Assembly (NCBI GenBank): GCA_029856435.1
Contig: JAHQXB010000032.1
Coordinates: 1 to 23,174 of the forward strand
Length of the DNA stretch: 23,174 bases
Source: Candidatus Jordarchaeia archaeon
GTDB lineage: Archaea; Asgardarchaeota; Jordiarchaeia; Jordiarchaeales; Jordiarchaeaceae
Reading direction: 5' to 3'
Shown here: piece by piece, positions 1 to 7,581 of the stretch
How positions within the stretch are numbered: position 1 is the stretch's first letter
Layout: every line of letters begins with the position of its first letter
Notes under the pieces: generated by a model
The model's input: the letters and a program-made list of their open reading frames with translations, nothing else
What the model was told of the DNA's origin: nothing
Database searches by the model: none
Position numbers and translations under genes: made by a program

Positions 1-34
1 TTTTTGTGCTGGAGATTTTTTAGGGGTGTTTTTG

Positions 35-1636
35 TTAGTATTTTATTTCTTGGGAGTTTGAGAGGATTTCTTTGGGTGTTTTTAGGCTGTTTATGTCCAG
101 TGAGTAGTAGCGTTCCATTTCTATTTTTACTTTTTCTGGTAGGTTGATTCCGTCTCTGTGTGCCCAGTAGGTTTTTCCTTTGGGTTTTTGTAGTGGTTCT
201 CCTTGCTTTATTATGATTATTCCATTTTTTATGGTGTAGAGTGTTTGGGAGAGGGCTTTGATTAGTGCCTCTGTTTCCTGTGCAGGGTCTTGGGTTTGGG
301 GGTTGAAGTCGTATATTGCGATGTCTGCGTCTGAGCCTACTGATAGGTTTCCTTTGTTTGGTAGGTTTAGGGATTGTGCGGGGCTGGCGCGGGTTATTAT
401 TGCTATTTCGTAGAGTGTGTATTCTCGATTGATGGAGTGTAGTGGTGTGTCGGCTTCTAGTTTGACTTGGTCTCGGGCTTTTTTGCTTAGGAGCCATCCT
501 ATTATTTGGGGATAGTGGGTGATTAGTCCCAGGTTGGGGTGATCTACCGACAGCTGGATTTGCCAAGGATCCTTTACTTTTAGTGCTAGTTCCAGCCCTG
601 TGGCCCACATGATGCTCCCAGTTTTATCCATTTTATATTCGGTGGGTGTGGCTCCAAAGACTGCTTCAAGTTCAACTTGGTCAGTGAATATTTTTTTGCC
701 TCTACTAGTTGGGATTAGCAGCTGGTTGTCTGCATAGAGGCTTATTGTTTGGTGGGGCACCATTTGTCCTATGTCTGCTTCTACGTTGGGGTGACTGTTT
801 ATGTATTCTGCTATTTGTTCTGCTTGGGATTCAATGGATTCGTTTCCTCCGTAGCTGTGTAGTTGTGCATGTGCAAGGTGTATGGTTCTCTTCTTTTTGT
901 TGGGCTTTATTTCTTCTAGAGCTTTTAGTGTTTTGAGTGTTGTTTTGTAGTTTCCTGGCTTTCCTGCATTGTTGGGATGTATGTGGACGGGGTGTGGCAG
1001 TCCCAAGCGCTCATTTGCCTCTGCTATTATTTTGATGACGTCTAGGGGTGACACTCCGAGGTGCTTTATGGGTTCTTCTATGTTTGTTATTTCCTTTTTG
1101 AGGCTCCACATTTCGCTTCCTGTGGGGTTTAACAGTTTTACTCCATAGGTTTTGGTGGATTCCAGTAGCCATGAGATTATGGTCGCGGCTTCCTCTGCGG
1201 ATTTTTTCCTCACTGCGGGTAATAGATACCAGTAAACGTCTAGTAGCAATAGGCAGGCGTGATCCAGTGAGGGTATATCTAAAAATTCCAAGTGGGTGTG
1301 CAAAGCCTTTGTGGGTGAAACTGCAGCTTCGACGGCGAATGTATAGCCCATTCTTGAATATGTTAAGCCCACTTTTGGAGCGGTGAAAAGAAACTCGTCG
1401 GATGAAGGGGGGAAAAGCATGCGTGCAAAGTTCACATGTTGTGAGGCTATATGGGTGTGAATATCTATCCCGCCGGGGAGAATCATTTTTCCCTTAACGT
1501 CTATGATTTTGGCTTCATTTTCATTCACTGATTCAACTATCACTCCTTTTTTGATGGCTAGGTCCATACGTTCCCCATTTATCTTGTTTGCCGGGTCAAA
1601 AACAAAGCCATTCTTTATGAGAAGTGATTCAATCAT
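35..1636 (-). CDS. fwdA: Formylmethanofuran dehydrogenase subunit A-like amidohydrolase (FwdA/FmdA)
   Basis: Motifs DPANKING, GGIDIHTHIA, RMGYT, YGVK, LGLPHPVHIHPNNAGKPGN, HLAHAQLH, LSVDHPN and GNLSVGSDADIAIYD match FwdA. Start moved to ATG 1636 (MIESLLIKNG), which overlaps the fwdD stop. Confidence 0.88.
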   Translation of the reverse strand: MIESLLIKNGFVFDPANKINGERMDLAIKKGVIVESVNENEAKIIDVKGKMILPGGIDIHTHIASQHVNFARMLFPPSSDEFLFTAPKVGLTYSRMGYTFAVEAAVSPTKALHTHLEFLDIPSLDHACLLLLDVYWYLLPAVRKKSAEEAATIISWLLESTKTYGVKLLNPTGSEMWSLKKEITNIEEPIKHLGVSPLDVIKIIAEANERLGLPHPVHIHPNNAGKPGNYKTTLKTLKALEEIKPNKKKRTIHLAHAQLHSYGGNESIESQAEQIAEYINSHPNVEADIGQMVPHQTISLYADNQLLIPTSRGKKIFTDQVELEAVFGATPTEYKMDKTGSIMWATGLELALKVKDPWQIQLSVDHPNLGLITHYPQIIGWLLSKKARDQVKLEADTPLHSINREYTLYEIAIITRASPAQSLNLPNKGNLSVGSDADIAIYDFNPQTQDPAQETEALIKALSQTLYTIKNGIIIIKQGEPLQKPKGKTYWAHRDGINLPEKVKIEMERYYSLDINSLKTPKEILSNSQEIKY

Positions 1637-2030
1637 TGGCATCCTTTCCCAATAGTTTTCCAAAGAGTTTTTCTGGATCTAACACTTCTTCCTTTGTGGT
1701 TTCAATGCTGGCCTTTAAAACATAGCAGGAATTACTCCCTGTAACATCTATGTCCGGGTCTATTATAGCATTTAACCATGGCCCATTGGGCATGAGTGCC
1801 AATCCCTTTTTGGTCTCGTCTGTTTGGTAGGCTTTAACAACGACGCTCCCAAATTTTGTAGTCACTTTAACACAGTCACCATTTTTAATTCCGCGGCTAC
1901 CCATATCCTCCTTATTCATGAGTATTACTGCTGTGGAATCCACGTAACTTTTTGGGTCTGGATTTTCAACCATCATCCTGTTTTGCTCAATTGACCTTGC
2001 ATTACACAACAGTATTTCCAGCTTACCCAT
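1629..2030 (-). CDS. fwdD: Formylmethanofuran dehydrogenase subunit D-like (molybdopterin dinucleotide-binding domain)
   Basis: MNKEDM..GIKNGDCVKVTTKFGSVVVKA and GLALMPNGPWLNAIIDPD match FwdD; translationally coupled to fwdA. Start chosen at ATG 2030 because the ORF-track N-terminal extension looks non-homologous. Confidence 0.8.
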   Translation of the reverse strand: MGKLEILLCNARSIEQNRMMVENPDPKSYVDSTAVILMNKEDMGSRGIKNGDCVKVTTKFGSVVVKAYQTDETKKGLALMPNGPWLNAIIDPDIDVTGSNSCYVLKASIETTKEEVLDPEKLFGKLLGKDAND

Positions 2031-2340
2031 CAGAAGTCCTACTAAAGACATAGAAATCCGCCTCAGGCAAGCTAACAGAGTAGAAACCAGTACATAAGTT
2101 TTATGAACAAAAAATTTGACTGCACTGTAGCCGACGTCCACTTTTACGTTTTATTAAGTATTCTATCCAACTTTCCTGAGAGGTTCACGAAATTGGGAGC
2201 CAAATCGCCACCTTCACGCCAGCCATAAACGAGTGGGCCCCCTGCATGTAAAAAAGTTACTGTTATATGTTTAAGATTCGGTGGAGCCTCCCATATTTTG
2301 AACAAGTATGGAAGGGGAGCAGACTTAAATTAGAGGCAAG

Positions 2341-2350
2341 TTATTTAAAA
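2341..2350 (+). promoter_or_regulatory. Possible TATA box for queE
   Basis: TTATTTAAAA lies about 28-37 nt upstream of ATG 2378; GAGGTG immediately precedes the start. Confidence 0.35.
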
Positions 2351-2377
2351 GGATGTGGCATGGTCTGTTTCGAGGTG

Positions 2378-3270
2378 ATGGTCTTGGTTAAGGGATGGGT
2401 CGCTGAGGTGTTCTCTTCCTACCAAATCCCCCAAAAGGAGGGGGAGGTAAAGGAGAAGGAGGTAGCGTCAGCGGCTCGTGTTATGGAAAGCGTCAGATAT
2501 AGGAGGAGTGGAAGCTATTCCTTCGTCGAATCGCTCGATTCGCGGGCTGCAACCTAGCTATGGGGGAGTTTGGAACTAGGGGCTGCAGGTGGTGCGACAT
2601 CTTATATAACATGCTAAGACGCGAATCACCTGGAGCTCAAAAACCAGACGCAACTCAGCTTAGAGTGGAAGAAAGCCCCGGGACTGGAAAATTCGCAGGG
2701 CAAGCAAATCCCGTAGATCCAGCAACTCTTTGCAGCTATGTGAGAAAACTGAAAACTGCGGATCTTCACTCGGTATCATTTACTGGTGGGGAGCCTTTAC
2801 TTCAAATGGATTTTCTGAGGGAAGTTTCAGAGAACCTTGTCTCAGAGGGTTATATTCTCTTTCTTGAGACTAATGGTTCTTTACCTAGGTGTGCTTCAAA
2901 GGTGGCTGAACTTTTTGAATACTGCTGCTGTGATATTAAAGATGAGTCGGCGGGGGCTGCTTCAGACTGGAGAGCTCTAGTGGAGAGAGAGTTGGAAACC
3001 ATACAGGTTTTAGTTGAGGCAAAGGCAAAGACCTTCGCCAAAGTTGTAGTTACATCCCAAACAAAATCAGAGAATATTGAATGGTATGCTAGGGAGCTTG
3101 CTAAGTTGGGATGCCCCCTATGTATTCAGATTGTATCTCCATATGGCGAAGTGGAGGAAAAACCCACAATAAAACAACTGTTCCAGTTCACGGAGGCCGC
3201 GGCGAAGTATCTCCATAAGAATGACATTTCAATATCAATTCAAGCCCATAAAGTGTTGGGAATACTCTGA
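2378..3270 (+). CDS. queE: 7-carboxy-7-deazaguanine synthase QueE (radical SAM), intron-split: join(2378..2425,2452..2500,2531..2598,2626..3270), 269 aa
   Basis: Spliced N-terminus reads MVLVKGWVAEVFSSYQ|GEGGSVSGSCYGKRQI|FARFAGCNLAMGEFGTRGCRWCD|SPGAQ, restoring the QueE motifs E-x-F-x-S-x-QGEG, F-x-RF-x-GCN and C-xx-CD. Downstream are VSFTGGEPLLQ, LETNG and SIQAHKVL. Exons total 810 nt = 270 codons. queD follows. Confidence 0.9.
2426..2451 (+). other. Putative BHB-type intron 1 of queE (26 nt, frameshifting)
   Basis: ATCCCCCAAAAGGAGGGGGAGGTAAA. Central helix UACC(2420-23)/GGUA(2446-49), bulges AA^A(2424-26) and AA^G(2450-52), intron stem UCCCCC/GGGGGA. Splicing gives CAA|GGA = Q|GEG. The outer exon-exon helix is weak. 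Confidence 0.85.
2501..2530 (+). other. Putative BHB-type intron 2 of queE (30 nt, creates an in-frame TAG if retained)
   Basis: AGGAGGAGTGGAAGCTATTCCTTCGTCGAA. Bulges AU^A(2499-2501) and AA^U(2529-31), central helix AGAU/GUCG (3 pairs plus an A.G mismatch), intron stem GGAGGAG/UUCCUUC, outer helix AGCG/CGCU. Splicing gives ATA T|TC GCT CGA = I-F-A-R. Confidence 0.78.
2599..2625 (+). other. Putative BHB-type intron 3 of queE (27 nt, in-frame, would add ILYNMLRRE)
   Basis: ATCTTATATAACATGCTAAGACGCGAA. Central helix UGCG(2593-96)/CGCG(2620-23), bulges AC^A(2597-99) and AA^U(2624-26), intron stem UCUUA/UAAGA, outer helix CAGGU(G)G/CACCUG. Splicing gives GAC|TCA = CD|S. Confidence 0.8.
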
Positions 3271-3315
3271 ATCTTTCAGAAAGAATATGTATTGCCTTTT
3301 GTATGTACGTTTGCT

Positions 3316-3435
3316 ATGAAAAACCTTTAGGTTTTCATTCTTTATCTAAAAAGCGTAAGCGTATGAGGGTTTACCATGAAAAAGCTTTAGGTTTTCATCC
3401 TTTGTCTAAAGCGCTTTAGTGTATGGGTTTTTGGC
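3316..3435. repeat. Two imperfect 60-nt tandem units, each starting with inverted repeat ATGAAAA-N9-TTTTCAT
   Basis: Units start at 3316 and 3376; the first 35 nt are identical at 32 positions by manual alignment. Confidence 0.85.
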
Positions 3436-3769
3436 TGTCGTGTTTGAATAACGATATTGGGGCTCTAAAACCCGAAGGAAGGCTTATTTGGACTTCGAAT
3501 GCTTCCCACAATGGAAAAGAAGCCAAAAATAGCCCTCCCTTTCGGGGAAAGGAAACATATAACACCAGGTCGGCTCCCAGGAGCTAAATACATACTGCCT
3601 TTTTATTTGGCAGGAGAGTGAGGTGGAGGTGGATTATTGATAGATTGGTTTAATGTTTTTGTGTGGAAAAGTTTAAAGTGTTTTTGGGGGATTGTTGCAA
3701 GGGAGACAAAAAGGAATGAAATCTTCATATGTACGGGCAATTTTAAAATGTTTGAGGGAAGTTTGAGAG

Positions 3770-4234
3770 ATGGTCTACAAGCTTAAGGTGGAAAGAACTG
3801 ACCTAAACTTTTCTGCGGCTCATTTCCTAATACGCCACCCGAAATGTGAGCGTATACACGGCCATAACTATAAGGTGACTATTGAGATCGAGTCTGATAA
3901 ACTGAACAGTCAGCAAATGATAGTGGACTTTCTAGATGTAAGAAACGTAGCGAGGGATATTTGTCAGAAAATGGATCACTACATACTGATACCCACTAAA
4001 GAAAAAGAAGTGGAAATCAAGGAAATGGGAAAAGAAATAGAGGTTATAGCAAACGGGAGGAGGTACATCTTCCCCAAGGATGACGCATTACTTTTGCCTA
4101 TTGAAGCAACCACTGTGGAAAAAATATCCGAGTATATTTATAAACAGCTGAAAAAGTCACTCCTCAAAAACATGAAAATAAGGGTTTCAGTAGAGGAGGC
4201 TGAAGGGTCAATAGGCACCTACACAGAAGAATAG
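3770..4234 (+). CDS. queD: 6-carboxy-5,6,7,8-tetrahydropterin synthase (QueD/PTPS family)
   Basis: FSAAHF, CERIHGHNY, IVDF, MDHYILIP and TTVEKISEYI motifs; downstream of queE. Confidence 0.9.
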   Translation: MVYKLKVERTDLNFSAAHFLIRHPKCERIHGHNYKVTIEIESDKLNSQQMIVDFLDVRNVARDICQKMDHYILIPTKEKEVEIKEMGKEIEVIANGRRYIFPKDDALLLPIEATTVEKISEYIYKQLKKSLLKNMKIRVSVEEAEGSIGTYTEE

Positions 4235-4268
4235 TTGCAGCCAAAAAAGGGGGAGGAATAGGGGAAAA

Positions 4269-5744
4269 CTATTCAAGCAGTATTAAGTGCTGCTTCAAGG
4301 GTCTCTGAATTTCTCTATTTTTTAGAAACTGGTAGTACTGTATCACCTTAAAAACAGAATTTGATGCTTTAGGTATTGAAGGGTATATGAGGAAGCCATC
4401 ATTTAGGTACTGTTTTATAATTTTTAAACGCTCAGCCTCCATCTCAGGCTGGTACTCTCTAGGTCCACTGGAAGGGTGTAAAACGATAACCAGAGGCTTT
4501 TCCAATCTTTCTCTGATTTCTTTGACTATTTTGAAGAGCTCCTCGTTTCTGTCTCCCCACATCACCTCATGCTGTAACAGTATCAAATCAATATTAGGAT
4601 CCTCATCCACCAATTCCAATATTTTTATATACATTTTTAGATCGTAGTAGACAAAGTAACTGGCGTCAATGGGATTAGATATACCTGTTCCCACATCAGG
4701 AACTATTTCGCCCAATTCTTCCCTAGTTTTTTCACTAAAGGGTGGAGTCCTCAAACCAGCGCTCTCCAATGCGTCTGTGGAAACTACGCTTAGACCTCCA
4801 CCCGCCCCCACAATAGCAGTATTTACCCCTTTTGGGGGATTAAGCCTGAGAAAAGCCATGGTTACATCGCAAAGCTCTTCCATGCTATAGACCTGCACTG
4901 CTCCCGCCTGTTTCAACACCATACTCCAAATTTTGTTTGAACCCGCGAGGGAACCTGTATGTGAAAGGGTTGCGCGTGAACCACCCGCAGTCCAGCCTCC
5001 TTTCCAGACTACTACGGGTTTAATGCGGGTCGCTTCCTTTAAGGTTTTAAAAAAGCGGGGCCCGTTTCTTACCCCCTCAACATAGATATTAATAACCTTG
5101 GTTTTGGGATCCTCTGCGAAATACTCTAGGTAATCTGTGACTTCTAGATCTATTCCGTTGCCGTAGCTAACCATTTTGCTAAAGCGAATGTTGTTCCAGA
5201 AATCGGCAAAGCTGGCCATGGAAACAGTGTGTCCTCCACTTTGACTTACAAAAGATACTGTGCCCCCTTGTGGGGGATTGTATACGTAGGGGTATGAAAG
5301 TTTTCCCTCAAAAGAGTAGACGCCCATTCCGTTTGGGCCTACTATTCGGGTTTTTGTGCCGCGTATTATTTCTAGGAGTTCTTTTTCTAGTTTTTTGCCT
5401 TCTTCTCTCTCCGAGGTGCTTTCTGAGAATCCTGATGTGAAAATCATTACAAACTTGACTTGGGCTTCAACACAGTCTTTTACAACTTCTTTTATTAGTT
5501 TTTTAGGTATTGCCACTACGACGTAGTCGAGGGGTTCTGGCACGTCTTGTACTCTGGGGTATGCTTTTATGCCGAGTACCTCTTTTTCGTTGGGATTTAT
5601 GGGGTATAGGTGTTCTTTTGGGAAACCTCTGTTTAGTATTGAACGCATGTACCAGTTTCCGTGTTTGAAAGGGCTTTCGGTTGCGCCGACCACAGCTGCG
5701 GCTTTGGGGTGAAACAGAGAATCCAGTTCCTCAAATTTTTTCAT
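4269..5744 (-). CDS. Acyl-CoA synthetase (NDP-forming) alpha subunit, paralog 1
   Basis: CoA-binding AVVGAT...YPINP, VGPNGMG, SQSGG, SYGNGIDL, and phospho-His motif SHTGSLAG. ATG 5744 is preferred because GGTGG lies upstream; the ORF track gives GTG 5756. Confidence 0.88.
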   Translation of the reverse strand: MKKFEELDSLFHPKAAAVVGATESPFKHGNWYMRSILNRGFPKEHLYPINPNEKEVLGIKAYPRVQDVPEPLDYVVVAIPKKLIKEVVKDCVEAQVKFVMIFTSGFSESTSEREEGKKLEKELLEIIRGTKTRIVGPNGMGVYSFEGKLSYPYVYNPPQGGTVSFVSQSGGHTVSMASFADFWNNIRFSKMVSYGNGIDLEVTDYLEYFAEDPKTKVINIYVEGVRNGPRFFKTLKEATRIKPVVVWKGGWTAGGSRATLSHTGSLAGSNKIWSMVLKQAGAVQVYSMEELCDVTMAFLRLNPPKGVNTAIVGAGGGLSVVSTDALESAGLRTPPFSEKTREELGEIVPDVGTGISNPIDASYFVYYDLKMYIKILELVDEDPNIDLILLQHEVMWGDRNEELFKIVKEIRERLEKPLVIVLHPSSGPREYQPEMEAERLKIIKQYLNDGFLIYPSIPKASNSVFKVIQYYQFLKNREIQRPLKQHLILLE

Positions 5745-5782
5745 TTTAAAATCCACCGTTGTCTTTTGGTTTTAGAGAAAGT

Positions 5783-6664
5783 TTATTGCTCGCCCATGGC
5801 GAGTTTTAGTTCTTGTAGGGTTACTCGTTTTTTCTTTTCCAGTTTTTCTTGGGCTTGTTTTATTTTGGTTTGGATTATTTCTTCTTCCTTTTTTCTTTTT
5901 TCTTGGGCTTCCCTATTCCTTCTCTCCTTTTGTATTTTGATTTGTTGAGCTTTGTATAGTGATATTTCTTCTTCTATTTTTGTGAGTTGGTTTTCGCATT
6001 GAATTATTTTTTGGAATACTTCGATGTAGTTTTTGTGGTCGGCGTCTGCGGAGCTTCTTAGATCATCTCTTCTCTTTGTGAGGTTTTTTATTTGTTCGAA
6101 TAGAGGTTTGCTCTTTTCATATTCTTCTTGCATGTGGTTTTTTATTTCAATGATTTTTTGTCGTGTTTGTTCCATTTCTTTTTTCAGTTGGTCTATTGTT
6201 TTTTGTATTTTGAGGTTTTCCTCGTAGTATGCTAGGTCTTCTTCCATTTTTTCTATTTGTTTGACGATGGCGTTTTCCTCTTCTAGGGATAGGGTGGTTG
6301 TTTGCTGTTTCCACTCAAGTTCGTTTCTTTTTTTCTTTAATTGTTCGCCGTTAAAACTTATGGGGTGCAGTTTGCTTTTTTGTTCCTTTATTTTGGAAGA
6401 GAGTTCTCTAATTTTTTCGTAAAGCTTTTCTTTCTCCATTTTCATTTGGCTTAGCCGAGAGCTAGATTCCTCGTTTTGCTTTCGAATCTCTTTTATTTGC
6501 TGAGCGAGGAGTTGCACCTCTCTATTTTTCTCATCTCTTTTTTGTTTATATCCCTCAGCGCTTTCCCTTAGTTTTCGTAGCTCCTCAATTAGGGGAACAC
6601 ACTCCTTGTTTAGAGAATAAATTTTGGCTTTGAAAAATTCCTCGTTTTCCGTCAAAGTTCTCAC
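5783..6664 (-). CDS. Archaeal coiled-coil protein (COG1340-like)
   Basis: Heptad-rich E/K/Q sequence with KRDEKN, LEWKQQTTTLSLEEE, ADADHK and C-terminal VTLQEL, as recalled for this family. Confidence 0.7.
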   Translation of the reverse strand: MRTLTENEEFFKAKIYSLNKECVPLIEELRKLRESAEGYKQKRDEKNREVQLLAQQIKEIRKQNEESSSRLSQMKMEKEKLYEKIRELSSKIKEQKSKLHPISFNGEQLKKKRNELEWKQQTTTLSLEEENAIVKQIEKMEEDLAYYEENLKIQKTIDQLKKEMEQTRQKIIEIKNHMQEEYEKSKPLFEQIKNLTKRRDDLRSSADADHKNYIEVFQKIIQCENQLTKIEEEISLYKAQQIKIQKERRNREAQEKRKKEEEIIQTKIKQAQEKLEKKKRVTLQELKLAMGEQ

Positions 6665-6823
6665 CAGAATCTAGGGACGAAAGGCTAGTACCTTAAATAC
6701 TAAAGATGCTTGCCTTACGGTATATAAGAGCACGGGTTAAAAACCTTACTTTAAAATTAGGAATCCCACTTAAAAAACTCACCTAAATTGTAAATTGGAG
6801 TACCTTTTATAAGTTGAAATGCA

Positions 6824-6877
6824 TTTTTGACGATTCCCACGACTAAGGTCGGGGCCTTTCTGCCAACGTTTTGTAAA
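6824..6877 (+). repeat. Dispersed ~54-nt intergenic repeat, copy 1, with hairpin CCC(A)CGAC-TAAG-GTCGGGG
   Basis: Aligns by eye with 9984-10036: TTTTTGACG...CCACGA..AGGTCGG..CTTTCT.GCCAAC..TTTGTAAA. Confidence 0.7.
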
Positions 6878-6961
6878 CCTTGATTTTTGACACAGAAGTT
6901 TTATGTGTGGGGTTAAAAGATTTGTTCTTAGAGATGGTAACATTTATGGGGTGCTTCCTCC

Positions 6962-7543
6962 TTGAGGCGTAAGGACCACTACTATTACAGAGCTCGTAGA
7001 GAGGGTTACCGGTCTAGGGCGGCCTACAAACTAAAGCAACTTGATAAAAAGTTTGGGATTTTTAAGGGTGCAAAGGCAGTTCTGGATTTGTGTTGTGCCC
7101 CTGGGGGGTGGCTGCAGGTTGCTAGGGAGGGGGTGGGCAACGAGGGTGTTGTGGTGGGAGTGGATATTAACAAGATTTCAAGTATAAATGGTGTGACCTT
7201 CATTTGTGGAGACATTGTTAAAGAGGAGACTCTGAATCGGGTTTTGAGTGTTTGTGAAGAGTTTGATGTTGTTCTGAGCGATTGTTCACCTAATGTAAGT
7301 GGGATATGGAGTGTGGATCATGAGCGACAGATGTTTCTTGCTAGGGCCTCTCTGGAGATAGCTAAGAGGGTTCTTAAAAATGGTGGAACACTAGTTATTA
7401 AGGCCTTTCAAGGTTCGGAGTATGCAAGTTTTTTGAGTGAAGTTAAGCAGCATTTTGGCTTCGTTAGAACTACAAAGCCAGAAGCTTCAAGGAAAACCAG
7501 TGCTGAAATGTATATTGTGGCTAAGAATTTTCGAAGGCTGTGA
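6962..7543 (+). CDS. rlmE: 23S rRNA Um2552 2'-O-methyltransferase RlmE/FtsJ
   Basis: GYRSRAAYKLKQLD, VLDLCCAPGGW, VLSDCSPN, LVIKAFQG and KPEASRKTSAEMY. TTG start is uncertain. Confidence 0.93.
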   Translation: MRRKDHYYYRARREGYRSRAAYKLKQLDKKFGIFKGAKAVLDLCCAPGGWLQVAREGVGNEGVVVGVDINKISSINGVTFICGDIVKEETLNRVLSVCEEFDVVLSDCSPNVSGIWSVDHERQMFLARASLEIAKRVLKNGGTLVIKAFQGSEYASFLSEVKQHFGFVRTTKPEASRKTSAEMYIVAKNFRRL

Positions 7544-7581
7544 AAAGAAAAAATAGAATTCCTCTCGGGGAGAGACGGGTG

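Noticed and set aside
35-2030. Selenocysteine recoding in fwd genes
   Set aside because: No in-frame TGA; the Sec-containing subunit is typically FwdB, which is not in the window.
2437-2508. Shine-Dalgarno-like GGAGG runs inside introns 1 and 2
   Set aside because: They are explained by stem pairing, and no useful start codon lies at a proper distance.
2426-2530. Pseudogene, ribosomal frameshift, or pyrrolysine read-through of TAG 2500 as the explanation
   Set aside because: Three independent inserts each match BHB geometry at the homology-defined junctions and the rest of the gene is intact. Recoding would leave 9-10 extra residues inside conserved motifs. Pseudogene status cannot be formally excluded without RNA data.
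2267-2557. 96-aa ORF as an independent gene
   Set aside because: Only 2378-2425 is QueE exon 1; the rest is upstream sequence or out-of-frame read-through of intron 1.
2560-3270. ORF-track 236-aa ORF as the complete queE
   Set aside because: It begins after the first Fe-S cysteine (TGC 2548) and lacks the QGEG and RF motifs, so it could not bind the radical-SAM cluster.
3316-3435. CRISPR array
   Set aside because: Only two units, similarity extends through the would-be spacer, and no cas genes are present.
6946-6964. Possible 13-nt intron joining ATG 6946 to rlmE
   Set aside because: No BHB geometry; TTG 6962 with upstream GGGGTG is sufficient.
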